Of a DNA stretch of 64,000 nucleotides, positions 49,959-57,678 are shown in pieces; the first letter of the stretch is position 1, and the number at the start of each line of letters is the position of its first letter. Position numbers and translations under genes: made by a program. Location: positions 30,845 to 94,844 of the forward strand of contig CAYSSG010000001.1 in assembly GCA_964433635.1 (NCBI GenBank). The letters run 5' to 3'. The notes below the pieces were generated by a model. That model did not search any database, was not told the origin of the DNA, and was given only the letters and a program-made list of their open reading frames with translations. The DNA is from an uncultured Atribacterota bacterium. Its GTDB lineage: Bacteria > Atribacterota > Phoenicimicrobiia > Phoenicimicrobiales > Stramentimicrobiaceae.

Positions 49959-50687
49959 CTACCTCCTTCTAAACAGATCAAAAAAACGATCCTGATATAA
50001 TTCAAACAGACCCCATTTGTCCAATTCACTCTTCAAATCTTTTGGTTCCATATCACCATGCTGTACCATGTCAAACATGGTCTCAATCTCTTTCTTGGCT
50101 ACCAGGGGAATTCCCTGATTATCTCGAGATACTACCTGATGTCCGAATTGGTTATAGGAGATTAACCCTCTTTTTCTAAGTTCAGGAAACTGAGACTGGT
50201 AAGCGCTTCTGGTCATCATATCCAGAATAAATTTGGAAAGAGAAATATCCCATAAATCTCCTACACCTTCAATAATCGTAGCCAGGTTATCACCCCTTTT
50301 ATCAATATCCCGGGCAATTTTTTCGGCTACCGATTTCAGGTTGCCGGAAACAAAATTCATGGAATCAACTTCTCTTTTAAATTGAAAACGATAGAGAATA
50401 CTGGCCAGATCAGGCATTTCATCTGCGATTGAGGAAAAAGCTTTCTTTGCTTCATCGCTGAAGCCTTCAATTCTTAAAATATAACCTGGAGTTAGCAGCT
50501 GGGGTCTAAACCAGCTTACTTTACCCTCTCTAACGACTGTTTCGGTAATTCCCTGGGTAAACTCCTGGTAAACAGGTTCAGTTAGTACATGGTAATGGAC
50601 TTCCGATGAACCAAAAGAAGAGAGAAGCTGTTTGGGCCACTTCAAAATTTTAGAATGCTCAAATGCATATTGTATTCTCTCATCCAT
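49959..50687 (-). CDS. Hypothetical protein (242 aa), no recognisable family or catalytic motif
   Basis: Long ORF with ordinary coding-like composition, Cys-free. AGAGG lies upstream of the ATG. First gene of a two-gene minus-strand operon. Confidence 0.6.
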   Translation of the reverse strand: MDERIQYAFEHSKILKWPKQLLSSFGSSEVHYHVLTEPVYQEFTQGITETVVREGKVSWFRPQLLTPGYILRIEGFSDEAKKAFSSIADEMPDLASILYRFQFKREVDSMNFVSGNLKSVAEKIARDIDKRGDNLATIIEGVGDLWDISLSKFILDMMTRSAYQSQFPELRKRGLISYNQFGHQVVSRDNQGIPLVAKKEIETMFDMVQHGDMEPKDLKSELDKWGLFELYQDRFFDLFRRR

Positions 50688-50763
50688 ATTGAATAACCTC
50701 TAATATGATTCTATCTATTTTGCACACCCGACTAAGATGATTGCAACTATTCCCAATTACAAC

Positions 50764-50791
50764 ATTTTACTTGATTATGATAAAATGTCAA
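50764..50791 (-). promoter_or_regulatory. Promoter candidate for the minus-strand two-gene operon: TTGACA - 16 nt - TAAAAT
   Basis: On the minus strand, -35 is at 50791-50786 and -10 at 50769-50764. Confidence 0.45.
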
Positions 50792-50795
50792 ATTC

Positions 50796-50825
50796 TTGCT
50801 AAAAGAAATTTTAGTGTATTATAAT
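50796..50825 (+). promoter_or_regulatory. Promoter candidate for the plus-strand LOG-like/fusion operon: TTGCTA - 18 nt - TATAAT
   Basis: -35 at 50796-50801 and -10 at 50820-50825. Its -35 lies 4 bp from the -35 of the divergent promoter. Confidence 0.45.
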
Positions 50826-50899
50826 ATATTGGGAAAAGTCTGAAAATGTAGAGAAAAATTTTATTATCCGATAAGGAGGAATGAAATATCAGAAAGATT

Positions 50900-51382
50900 G
50901 TGATTGGTGTCATGGGTGGTTCACAATTTGTTCACCCCGAAGATGAGGGATATGCCTACCAGATTGGTGCCATGATTGCCCGGGAAGGGTGGGTGTTGCT
51001 AAATGGAGGAAGATCATCGGGTATAATGGAAGCATCTGCCAGGGGGGCTAAAGAGAATGGAGGTATCACTGTTGGAATCCTTCCCACGGATGAGGTTCAT
51101 TGGGCATCTGCGTATATCGATATACCTATTGTTACGGGTATGGGAGCAGCCAGAAATGTAATGAATGTTCTAAGCAGTGACATCATTGTAGCATTGCCGG
51201 GCAGGGCAGGAACAATCTCTGAGATCGCACTGGCCTTAAACCTCGGAAAAGAAGTCATTTTGTTTCAATTTCATGTTGGCTCCTGGATTAAATCTTATCA
51301 GGACGAGGGAAAGGTCTTTTTCTTCAGTCAGCTGGATGAATTAAGAAATTTTTTAAAAACAAGATTTGATGAGAGCGAATAA
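50900..51382 (+). CDS. TIGR00725 / LOG-like (SLOG superfamily) Rossmann-fold protein
   Basis: IGVMGGS N-terminus, GGRSSGIMEA and LPGRAGTISE (compare the LOG motifs GGGxGxMG and PGGxGTxxE). The start is uncertain: GTG 50900 is 20 nt from the AGGAGG at 50874-50879. Confidence 0.7.
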   Translation: MIGVMGGSQFVHPEDEGYAYQIGAMIAREGWVLLNGGRSSGIMEASARGAKENGGITVGILPTDEVHWASAYIDIPIVTGMGAARNVMNVLSSDIIVALPGRAGTISEIALALNLGKEVILFQFHVGSWIKSYQDEGKVFFFSQLDELRNFLKTRFDESE

Positions 51383-51408
51383 TCCTATAAATAGAGAAGA
51401 GGAGAAAA

Positions 51409-53058
51409 ATGTCAAAACTATTAGTTCGGGTAGACGGTTCCTGTATTCCTAATCCTGGAAGAATGGCTATTGGTATCGTAATTTACCGGGATGGAGAAAT
51501 GTTGAAGAAGATTAATGAAATCATCGGACACGGAACCAACAATATTGCCGAATACCATGCGGTTATCAGGGGATTAGAGGAGGTTAAGAATATTCCTGCT
51601 GAATCGGTGGAATTTTATTGTGACAGTCAGCTGGTTGTAAAACAATTGAATCAGCAGTTTAAGATAAAGAATAAAAAGATACTCTCCCTGCATGAAAGGA
51701 TTAGAAGATTATTGTCGGAAATTCAGGTCCCGGTGTTTTTTATCTGGAATAGAAGAGAGGAAAATCAGTTGGCAGATCAATTAGCCAGAAAATTACTGAT
51801 TCAGGAAGAGCAGAACAAAAGAGCCATTGCATCCCGGGATTTAAGTGTATCACGGGAGGGAGACCTATTTCTGGTAAAGAGTCAGACGAGTAAAAAAACC
51901 TATCAGGTGAACCTGGAAATTCCTGAATGTAATTGCTATGATTTTGAAAATCATTGCCGGAAATGGAATCTGGAATGCAAACATATCGTTGCTGCCCGTC
52001 ATTACCAGATGAATAGAGAAAAACAGATAGCCAGCAGAGAAGATAAGACCTTGCAGGTATTGATACTGAGCAAGATGGTCAGTCAGAAGCGATGGCGAGA
52101 GTTGTTGGAAGAATTAAATCATGAAGAATGTCTGCCAATAGAAATACTATTTCCGGAAAAAGAAAAAGCCAGATTGGAAGGGCAGATAACCTGTGCGGAT
52201 GTTATCGTGGGAGGAGAGCTGAGTGAAGCTGATTTACTGATGGCAAAAAACTTGAAACTCTTTCAAATACCCTTCGCAGGTGTGGATAAACAGAATTTGG
52301 AGGTTTTCAGGAAATTTCCAGGCATTGCTGTTTGTAATGCCCACGGAAACAGTCATGCTGTTTCTGAGCACGCCCTTTGCCTGTTGTTAGCTCTGGCAAA
52401 AGACCTGGTGAATCATGATCAGGATTTAAGAAAGGGAAGATGGCATGGATTTATCACCCAGGAACCGACAATTCAACTTTACGGAAGGAACCTGGGAATT
52501 ATTGGATTAGGTTCCATAGGATTGGAAATTGCTCAGAAAGCAATGGCTTTAGGCATGCATATCTATGCCGTCAAACGGTCAATCCAGGAACAAAATGATT
52601 GGCAGAAAAAATATGGATTGACCTTTTTAGGCACAGCAGATGACTTGGAATATGTGGTAAAAAATGTTGATTTTATCATTATTGCACTGCCGCTTACCTC
52701 CAAAACGACTCATTTGATTGATGAGGAAGTATTGAAGATGATGAAGGGAAAATATCTGATTAACATCGGCAGGGGAAAAGTCATTGATGAAGAAGCCTTT
52801 TATGAATACTTAAAAGAAGGATACCTGGCTGGGGCAGGGATCGATACCTGGTACCAGTATCCGGACAAGACACACCCGAACAGGTATCCCAGTCAATATC
52901 CCTTTCATGAATTAACCAATGTGATTTTATCACCCCATAATGCCGGTTACAGTGACAGAGCGATTGAAGAAAATATCCAGGTTGTTTATGAAAATATTGT
53001 GAGAGTATTTTACGGAGAAAGACCGGAAAATGAAATTAATCTTTCCGAAGGTTATTAA
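51409..53058 (+). CDS. Tri-domain fusion: RNase H (RVT_3/RNase HI type) + SWIM zinc finger + D-isomer-specific 2-hydroxyacid dehydrogenase
   Basis: - aa 1-130: the DEDD residues are placeable (D9 in VDGS, E48 in NNIAEY, D72 in CDSQ, D123 in LADQLA).
- aa 174-192: CNC-x13-CKH, a SWIM CxCxnCxH motif.
- aa ~214-549: GLGSIGLEIA NAD fold, INIGRGKVID and SPHNAGYS.

GGAG SD upstream. Single uninterrupted ORF. Confidence 0.75.
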   Translation: MSKLLVRVDGSCIPNPGRMAIGIVIYRDGEMLKKINEIIGHGTNNIAEYHAVIRGLEEVKNIPAESVEFYCDSQLVVKQLNQQFKIKNKKILSLHERIRRLLSEIQVPVFFIWNRREENQLADQLARKLLIQEEQNKRAIASRDLSVSREGDLFLVKSQTSKKTYQVNLEIPECNCYDFENHCRKWNLECKHIVAARHYQMNREKQIASREDKTLQVLILSKMVSQKRWRELLEELNHEECLPIEILFPEKEKARLEGQITCADVIVGGELSEADLLMAKNLKLFQIPFAGVDKQNLEVFRKFPGIAVCNAHGNSHAVSEHALCLLLALAKDLVNHDQDLRKGRWHGFITQEPTIQLYGRNLGIIGLGSIGLEIAQKAMALGMHIYAVKRSIQEQNDWQKKYGLTFLGTADDLEYVVKNVDFIIIALPLTSKTTHLIDEEVLKMMKGKYLINIGRGKVIDEEAFYEYLKEGYLAGAGIDTWYQYPDKTHPNRYPSQYPFHELTNVILSPHNAGYSDRAIEENIQVVYENIVRVFYGERPENEINLSEGY

Positions 53059-53146
53059 AAAATCTTTAATCCTTACCTTGCTGACTTTTTTCAACCTGTG
53101 TTCCTTGCATCATTTAATTTGATTATTCCGTGATAATGAAAATAAA

Positions 53147-53201
53147 GGGCTCCAGGGAGCTATGGTTAGCTGATAAAGTCAAGTAGCTCCCACAGAAGCC
53201 C
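53147..53201. terminator. Extended imperfect hairpin between convergent genes; likely terminator for hflC (T-run on the minus strand)
   Basis: GGGCT-cca-GGGAGCTA ... TAGCTCCC-aca-gAAGCCC. The plus-strand A-run (GAAAATAAA) immediately 5' of it becomes a U-tract on the minus-strand transcript. Confidence 0.5.
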
Positions 53202-53257
53202 TTACCACCATGCCATGCAGTTATTTGTCAAGCTATTTCTGATGATCGGTTATTTTC

Positions 53258-54118
53258 CTATTTGTTCACAGTTATCTGATTAATGTATTTGATGTACTCA
53301 TTATCAGGTGACAGTAAAATAGTCGTGTTTTCCTTAAAGCTGCCCTGGTAGGATTCCAGGGATCGATAGAATTGATAAAATTCCGGATCCTGGTTAAAAC
53401 TCTCAGCATAGATTCGAATTGCTTCTGCCTCTCCCTCACCCCTTAATTGTTGCGCTTCCTTATATGCTTCTGCCAGGATAACCGTTTTTTCTCTCTCAGT
53501 TTCTGCTATAATTTTGGCTGATTCTTCCTGCCCTTCTGCCCGGTATTGTTTGGCAATTCTTTCCCGCTCAGCCTGCATTCTGGCAAAAATGTTTTTTTCA
53601 TTTTCAGAAGGAAGGTCAGCCCGTTTAATTCGCACATCGACAATATTAATCCCGTATTCCATTGATTTGTCATTACTGCGCTGGGTTACTGTCTCCATAA
53701 TTTCGGTTCTTTTTTGGGAAACAATTTCACTCATATCAAATTTCCCCAAATCCACCCTGAGTTCAGAGTAAATAATATCATCTAACCTTGCCTGGGCTCC
53801 ATTAATATCCCTGACTGTCTGCAGGAAAAGGAGAGGATTTTCAATCTTCCATCTGGCATAATTATCCAGAATCAATGTTTTTTTATCCCGGGTAATAATC
53901 TCTGTAGGTAATGCATCATAGATGAGCAGTCTGCCCTCAAAGAAAACTACATTTTGAATGAAGGGAATTTTCATATGTAATCCTGCTTCCTGAATCGCCT
54001 TAATAGGTTTGCCGAATTGCAGGATAATAGCCTGCTTGGTCTCATCAACAACAAAAAAAGAAAAATTTGTTATGAGGATGAGTAAAATCAAAATGATCAG
54101 GAGTAAACTCTTTTTCAT
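53258..54118 (-). CDS. hflC: Protease modulator HflC (SPFH/band 7)
   Basis: N-terminal TM and an SPFH domain. Second gene of the pair, with a 1-nt overlap with hflK. Confidence 0.88.
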   Translation of the reverse strand: MKKSLLLIILILLILITNFSFFVVDETKQAIILQFGKPIKAIQEAGLHMKIPFIQNVVFFEGRLLIYDALPTEIITRDKKTLILDNYARWKIENPLLFLQTVRDINGAQARLDDIIYSELRVDLGKFDMSEIVSQKRTEIMETVTQRSNDKSMEYGINIVDVRIKRADLPSENEKNIFARMQAERERIAKQYRAEGQEESAKIIAETEREKTVILAEAYKEAQQLRGEGEAEAIRIYAESFNQDPEFYQFYRSLESYQGSFKENTTILLSPDNEYIKYINQITVNK

Positions 54119-55125
54119 TACTGTGTAACCTCCTTCCCGGTGAGATTCTGGATCAAGGGATCGTTCAAGGGCAAGAATTTCAACAGAGAATCTTCCTTAT
54201 CGCCTTCCATGATGAATTTTTTCATATGGGGCAGGATTATCTCCATTGTTTCAATATACAGACGATGTTTCGTAACATCTTTTCCGTTCTGATATTCTGC
54301 CAGAACCTGATTAAACTTGGACACGTCTCCTTCAGCCCTTCTGATCCTCTCGATTTTGTAGCCTTCTGCTTCTTTAATAATCCTGGCTGCTTCACCTCTG
54401 GCATTCGGGATGATATCATTTCGATAACCTTCAGCCTGATTAATAAATTTACTTTTATCTTCTTTTGCGCTGGCTACATCTTTGAAGGCGGCAGATACTT
54501 CTTCCGGTGGGTTGACATCCTGAAGCTGAACGGCAATCACCACGATTCCTGATTGATAGGCATCCAGTAATTCCTGGATCAGTACTTTTGTTTCCTCCTG
54601 AATTTCATATTTGCCTTCAGTCAGCGCATCATCAATTTTACGGCTTCCGATCACCTGTCTCAGAGCTGCTTCGGAAGCATTTCGAACAGTCAGTTCTGGT
54701 TCGATAATATTAAAAAGATATTCAGCTGCATTTTTTATTCTGTATTGTACAATGGATTCTGCATTCACAATATTTTCATCTCCGGTTAACATCAGGGATT
54801 CCTCAGAAACCTCCGTGTATCCGCCTCGGACGGTTCTGAATCCAATTTCAATACGCTTTACTTCAGTTACAGATGGAGTAAGAGCGGACTCAAATGGATA
54901 AGGCAGATGATAATGTAAACCAGGACTGTCAAGCCTGGTAAATTTTCCGAATCGCCTGACGACACCCTGTTCATTGGGTTGCACGATATAAATTCCGGTT
55001 GCAAGATACAGGACGATAATCAGCAGAATCAATAATTTTCCAATACTGCTGCCAAGCTTTATTCTGGGAATTTTTTCTTTGATATTGATGATTTTTTCAG
55101 TGCGGTCATTCATATAATCGGGCAT
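54118..55125 (-). CDS. hflK: Protease modulator HflK (SPFH/band 7)
   Basis: N-terminal extension plus TM, an SPFH domain and a C-terminal coiled coil. First gene of the pair. Confidence 0.88.
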   Translation of the reverse strand: MPDYMNDRTEKIINIKEKIPRIKLGSSIGKLLILLIIVLYLATGIYIVQPNEQGVVRRFGKFTRLDSPGLHYHLPYPFESALTPSVTEVKRIEIGFRTVRGGYTEVSEESLMLTGDENIVNAESIVQYRIKNAAEYLFNIIEPELTVRNASEAALRQVIGSRKIDDALTEGKYEIQEETKVLIQELLDAYQSGIVVIAVQLQDVNPPEEVSAAFKDVASAKEDKSKFINQAEGYRNDIIPNARGEAARIIKEAEGYKIERIRRAEGDVSKFNQVLAEYQNGKDVTKHRLYIETMEIILPHMKKFIMEGDKEDSLLKFLPLNDPLIQNLTGKEVTQ

Positions 55126-55431
55126 ATGATTCTCCTTTCTTTTATTTTTTTATAAAAAAGATTTTCCTGTCTGATTCAATATTGAGATGACAAGAATATA
55201 ACACTAATTGATTTTTTTCTCAAACATTTCACCAGGAACATGCTGAACAGAAGTCAAACAGAGACTTTAGAGAAATTTTTGGAAACAAAAGAGAAAACTT
55301 TTAAGAAATAAATTCCAGTAAATAGCATCAGTTAGTGTAAAATTTACTGGGGTAGTAATCAAAAATCTTTCCCCATCATGAAAAAAGGCGTAGACTTACC
55401 TAAAAATACTACATCATAGCATCAGGAGCGA

Positions 55432-55460
55432 TTGCAATTAGCGGTTGAGAAATATATAAT
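55432..55460 (+). promoter_or_regulatory. Sigma-70-type promoter: TTGCAA - 17 nt - TATAAT (fba-pfp)
   Basis: -35 at 55432-55437 and -10 at 55455-55460, with exactly 17 nt spacing. About 78 nt upstream of the fba ATG. Confidence 0.6.
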
Positions 55461-55537
55461 AGATAGAATAAAATGGACTCTAATAATCATAAAATGACTT
55501 CAGGATACCGACCTGATCATCTTGAAAGGAGAATGAT

Positions 55538-56404
55538 ATGCCCTTAGTAACAAGTAAAGAAATGTTGATCGATGCACAGAAGAATCATTATGCTGTTGGT
55601 GCCTTTAATGCCAATAATATGGAGATAGTCCAGGCAATTATTGAAACTGCAGAAGAAGAAAGTTCACCGGTTATTGTGCAGGCTTCACAGGGAGCAATCC
55701 AGTATGCAGGATTAGATATGATTGTCGGAATGGTCAAGACAATGGCTGAAAGAACGCCTGTCCCTGTTGTTTTGCATTTAGATCATGGTACAGATTATTT
55801 TCAGAATATTCGCTGCCTGAGAGCTGGTTTTACTTCATTGATGTTTGATGGGTCCAAGTTACCTTTTAATGAAAATGTATCCATGACCAAGAAGGTTGTT
55901 GAGATGGCTCATGCCTGTAATATACCCGTGGAGGCTGAGATTGGCCAGATAGGTAAGATGGATGCCAGTGATGAACCTGGAGTAGCCCGTGAAAGAATCA
56001 AGGAGTTTATGGCTGATCCGAAAGAGGCAGAAAAATTTGTAAATTTGACCGGAATCGACTCCCTGGCTGCAGCAGTAGGCACAATTCATGGATGCAGGGA
56101 ATCCATTGCTGTATTGGATATAGATCGTATAAAAAAAATAAGAGATTTAACCGGAGTACCATTGGTTCTGCACGGAGCATCCGGTGCAAATGATGAAGAG
56201 ATTAAAAAGGGAATTGTTGTGGGTATATGTAAAATCAATATAGATACCCGTATCCGGATGGCTTTTACCAGAGCCGCTAAAGACTATTTAACGCATAATC
56301 CCGATGAAATTGACCCCCGTAAGGTACTGGGTCCTGCTAAGGAAGCAGCCAAAGAGGTCATCAGGGATCGCATTAGAGTGTTAGGTTCAAAAAACAGAGC
56401 TTAA
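55538..56404 (+). CDS. fba: Class II fructose-1,6-bisphosphate aldolase
   Basis: VLHLDHG metal motif and the GA..N.NN.E N-terminal pattern. 288 aa, with AGGAG SD. Confidence 0.92.
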   Translation: MPLVTSKEMLIDAQKNHYAVGAFNANNMEIVQAIIETAEEESSPVIVQASQGAIQYAGLDMIVGMVKTMAERTPVPVVLHLDHGTDYFQNIRCLRAGFTSLMFDGSKLPFNENVSMTKKVVEMAHACNIPVEAEIGQIGKMDASDEPGVARERIKEFMADPKEAEKFVNLTGIDSLAAAVGTIHGCRESIAVLDIDRIKKIRDLTGVPLVLHGASGANDEEIKKGIVVGICKINIDTRIRMAFTRAAKDYLTHNPDEIDPRKVLGPAKEAAKEVIRDRIRVLGSKNRA

Positions 56405-56449
56405 TAAATTCATACTTCAGACGAAACAGGCAGTTTCAGGAGGAGCATC

Positions 56450-57481
56450 ATGTCAAAAAGAATTGGAATTTTAACCGGTGGAGGAGATTGTTGTGGTCTC
56501 AATCCAGCCATTCGCGGAGCTGTTTACCGTGCTCATGACTATCATTACGAAGTTTTTGGCATCCGTGACGGATGGCGGGGACTGATTGACGGCAATCTCT
56601 TTGAAATTGAACTGCAGGATGTAGAAGAATTAGTGGATAAAGCAGGAACCTTCCTGGGTACCTCTCGAACGAACCCTTTCAAGATTGAAGAAGGGGTTAG
56701 CAATGTATTAAAAACAATCAGTAATTACGGTCTGGATGCTATTTTGGCCATGGGTGGGGAAGATACCCTGGGTGTAGCCAGTAAGTTATTCAGAGAAAAA
56801 AAGGTAAACGTTGTCGGGGCTCCGAAAACCATGGATAATGATCTTTCAGCAACAGATTTTACCTTTGGTTTTGACAGTTCTGTAACGCGGGCGGTGGAAG
56901 CCATGAAGAGCCTGGAAGATACCGGCAAATCTCATCACCGGGTCATGATTCTTGAGGTGATGGGTAGGCATGCAGGCTGGGTTGCACTTTATACGGGACT
57001 TTCCTGTGGAGCGGACTGGATTCTCATGCCCGAGGAAGAGCCTGATATTGAAGGACTCTGCAAACAGTTACAACGTGTGTATTCCAGGAAAAAGTATGCC
57101 CTGGTAGTGGTTTCAGAAGGAGTTGAACTACCCGGGATTGATACCGGGAAGGAAGATCTTGATCAGTTCGGGCATATGATTTTAAAGAAGAGAGAAACCG
57201 GACAAACATTAGGGGACTTGATTACTGAGAAAACAGGTATAGAGACCAGGAATGCTGTCATTGGTCATATGCAAAGAGGGGGGATCCCAACAATATTCGA
57301 CAGAATATTGGGTTTGCGTACGGGTGTCAAGGCAGTTGATCTGATTGAAAAGCAGGAATTTGGTAAAATGGCAGCATTGAGGGGTAATGAAATGATTGCT
57401 GTTCCCCTGGAAGAGGCAACCAGGGAAATAAAAAAAGTTCCCCGGGAATGGCTTGAATTTGCCAGGATATTCTTTAAGTAA
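56450..57481 (+). CDS. pfp: 6-phosphofructokinase, predicted pyrophosphate-dependent
   Basis: PFK family (GGGDCCGLNPAIRG). GGEDT carries Asp at the position of E. coli Gly104, and PKTMDND carries Lys at the position of Gly124. These are the two residues classically associated with PPi rather than ATP use. Confidence 0.8.
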   Translation: MSKRIGILTGGGDCCGLNPAIRGAVYRAHDYHYEVFGIRDGWRGLIDGNLFEIELQDVEELVDKAGTFLGTSRTNPFKIEEGVSNVLKTISNYGLDAILAMGGEDTLGVASKLFREKKVNVVGAPKTMDNDLSATDFTFGFDSSVTRAVEAMKSLEDTGKSHHRVMILEVMGRHAGWVALYTGLSCGADWILMPEEEPDIEGLCKQLQRVYSRKKYALVVVSEGVELPGIDTGKEDLDQFGHMILKKRETGQTLGDLITEKTGIETRNAVIGHMQRGGIPTIFDRILGLRTGVKAVDLIEKQEFGKMAALRGNEMIAVPLEEATREIKKVPREWLEFARIFFK

Positions 57482-57574
57482 ACAATGTAAAATACCTGTC
57501 ATATTAAAAGATGTGTAATATAATATAGATCATGAATCGGAAGATGTGATACGATAGATGACAGAAGTCAACCT

Positions 57575-57607
57575 TGGGAAGCCTGCCTGAAGGCTTCCCA
57601 TTATTTT
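57575..57607 (+). terminator. Intrinsic terminator TGGGAAGCC / GGCTTCCCA + TTATTTT
   Basis: 9-bp perfect GC-rich stem with an 8-nt loop and a T-rich tail. 94 nt after the pfp stop. Confidence 0.8.
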
Positions 57608-57678
57608 GGAGAATGTGACGATTTTGATGTCTTTTTCGGGGATTAGAATTCTATTTTCAGGATAAAGAACAAGGATTT

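Noticed and set aside
50881-50946. A 21-codon ORF that starts 1 nt after the AGGAGG upstream of the LOG-like gene.
   Set aside because: An SD spacing of 1 nt is non-functional, and the peptide has no features. It is mentioned only as part of the start-codon anomaly.
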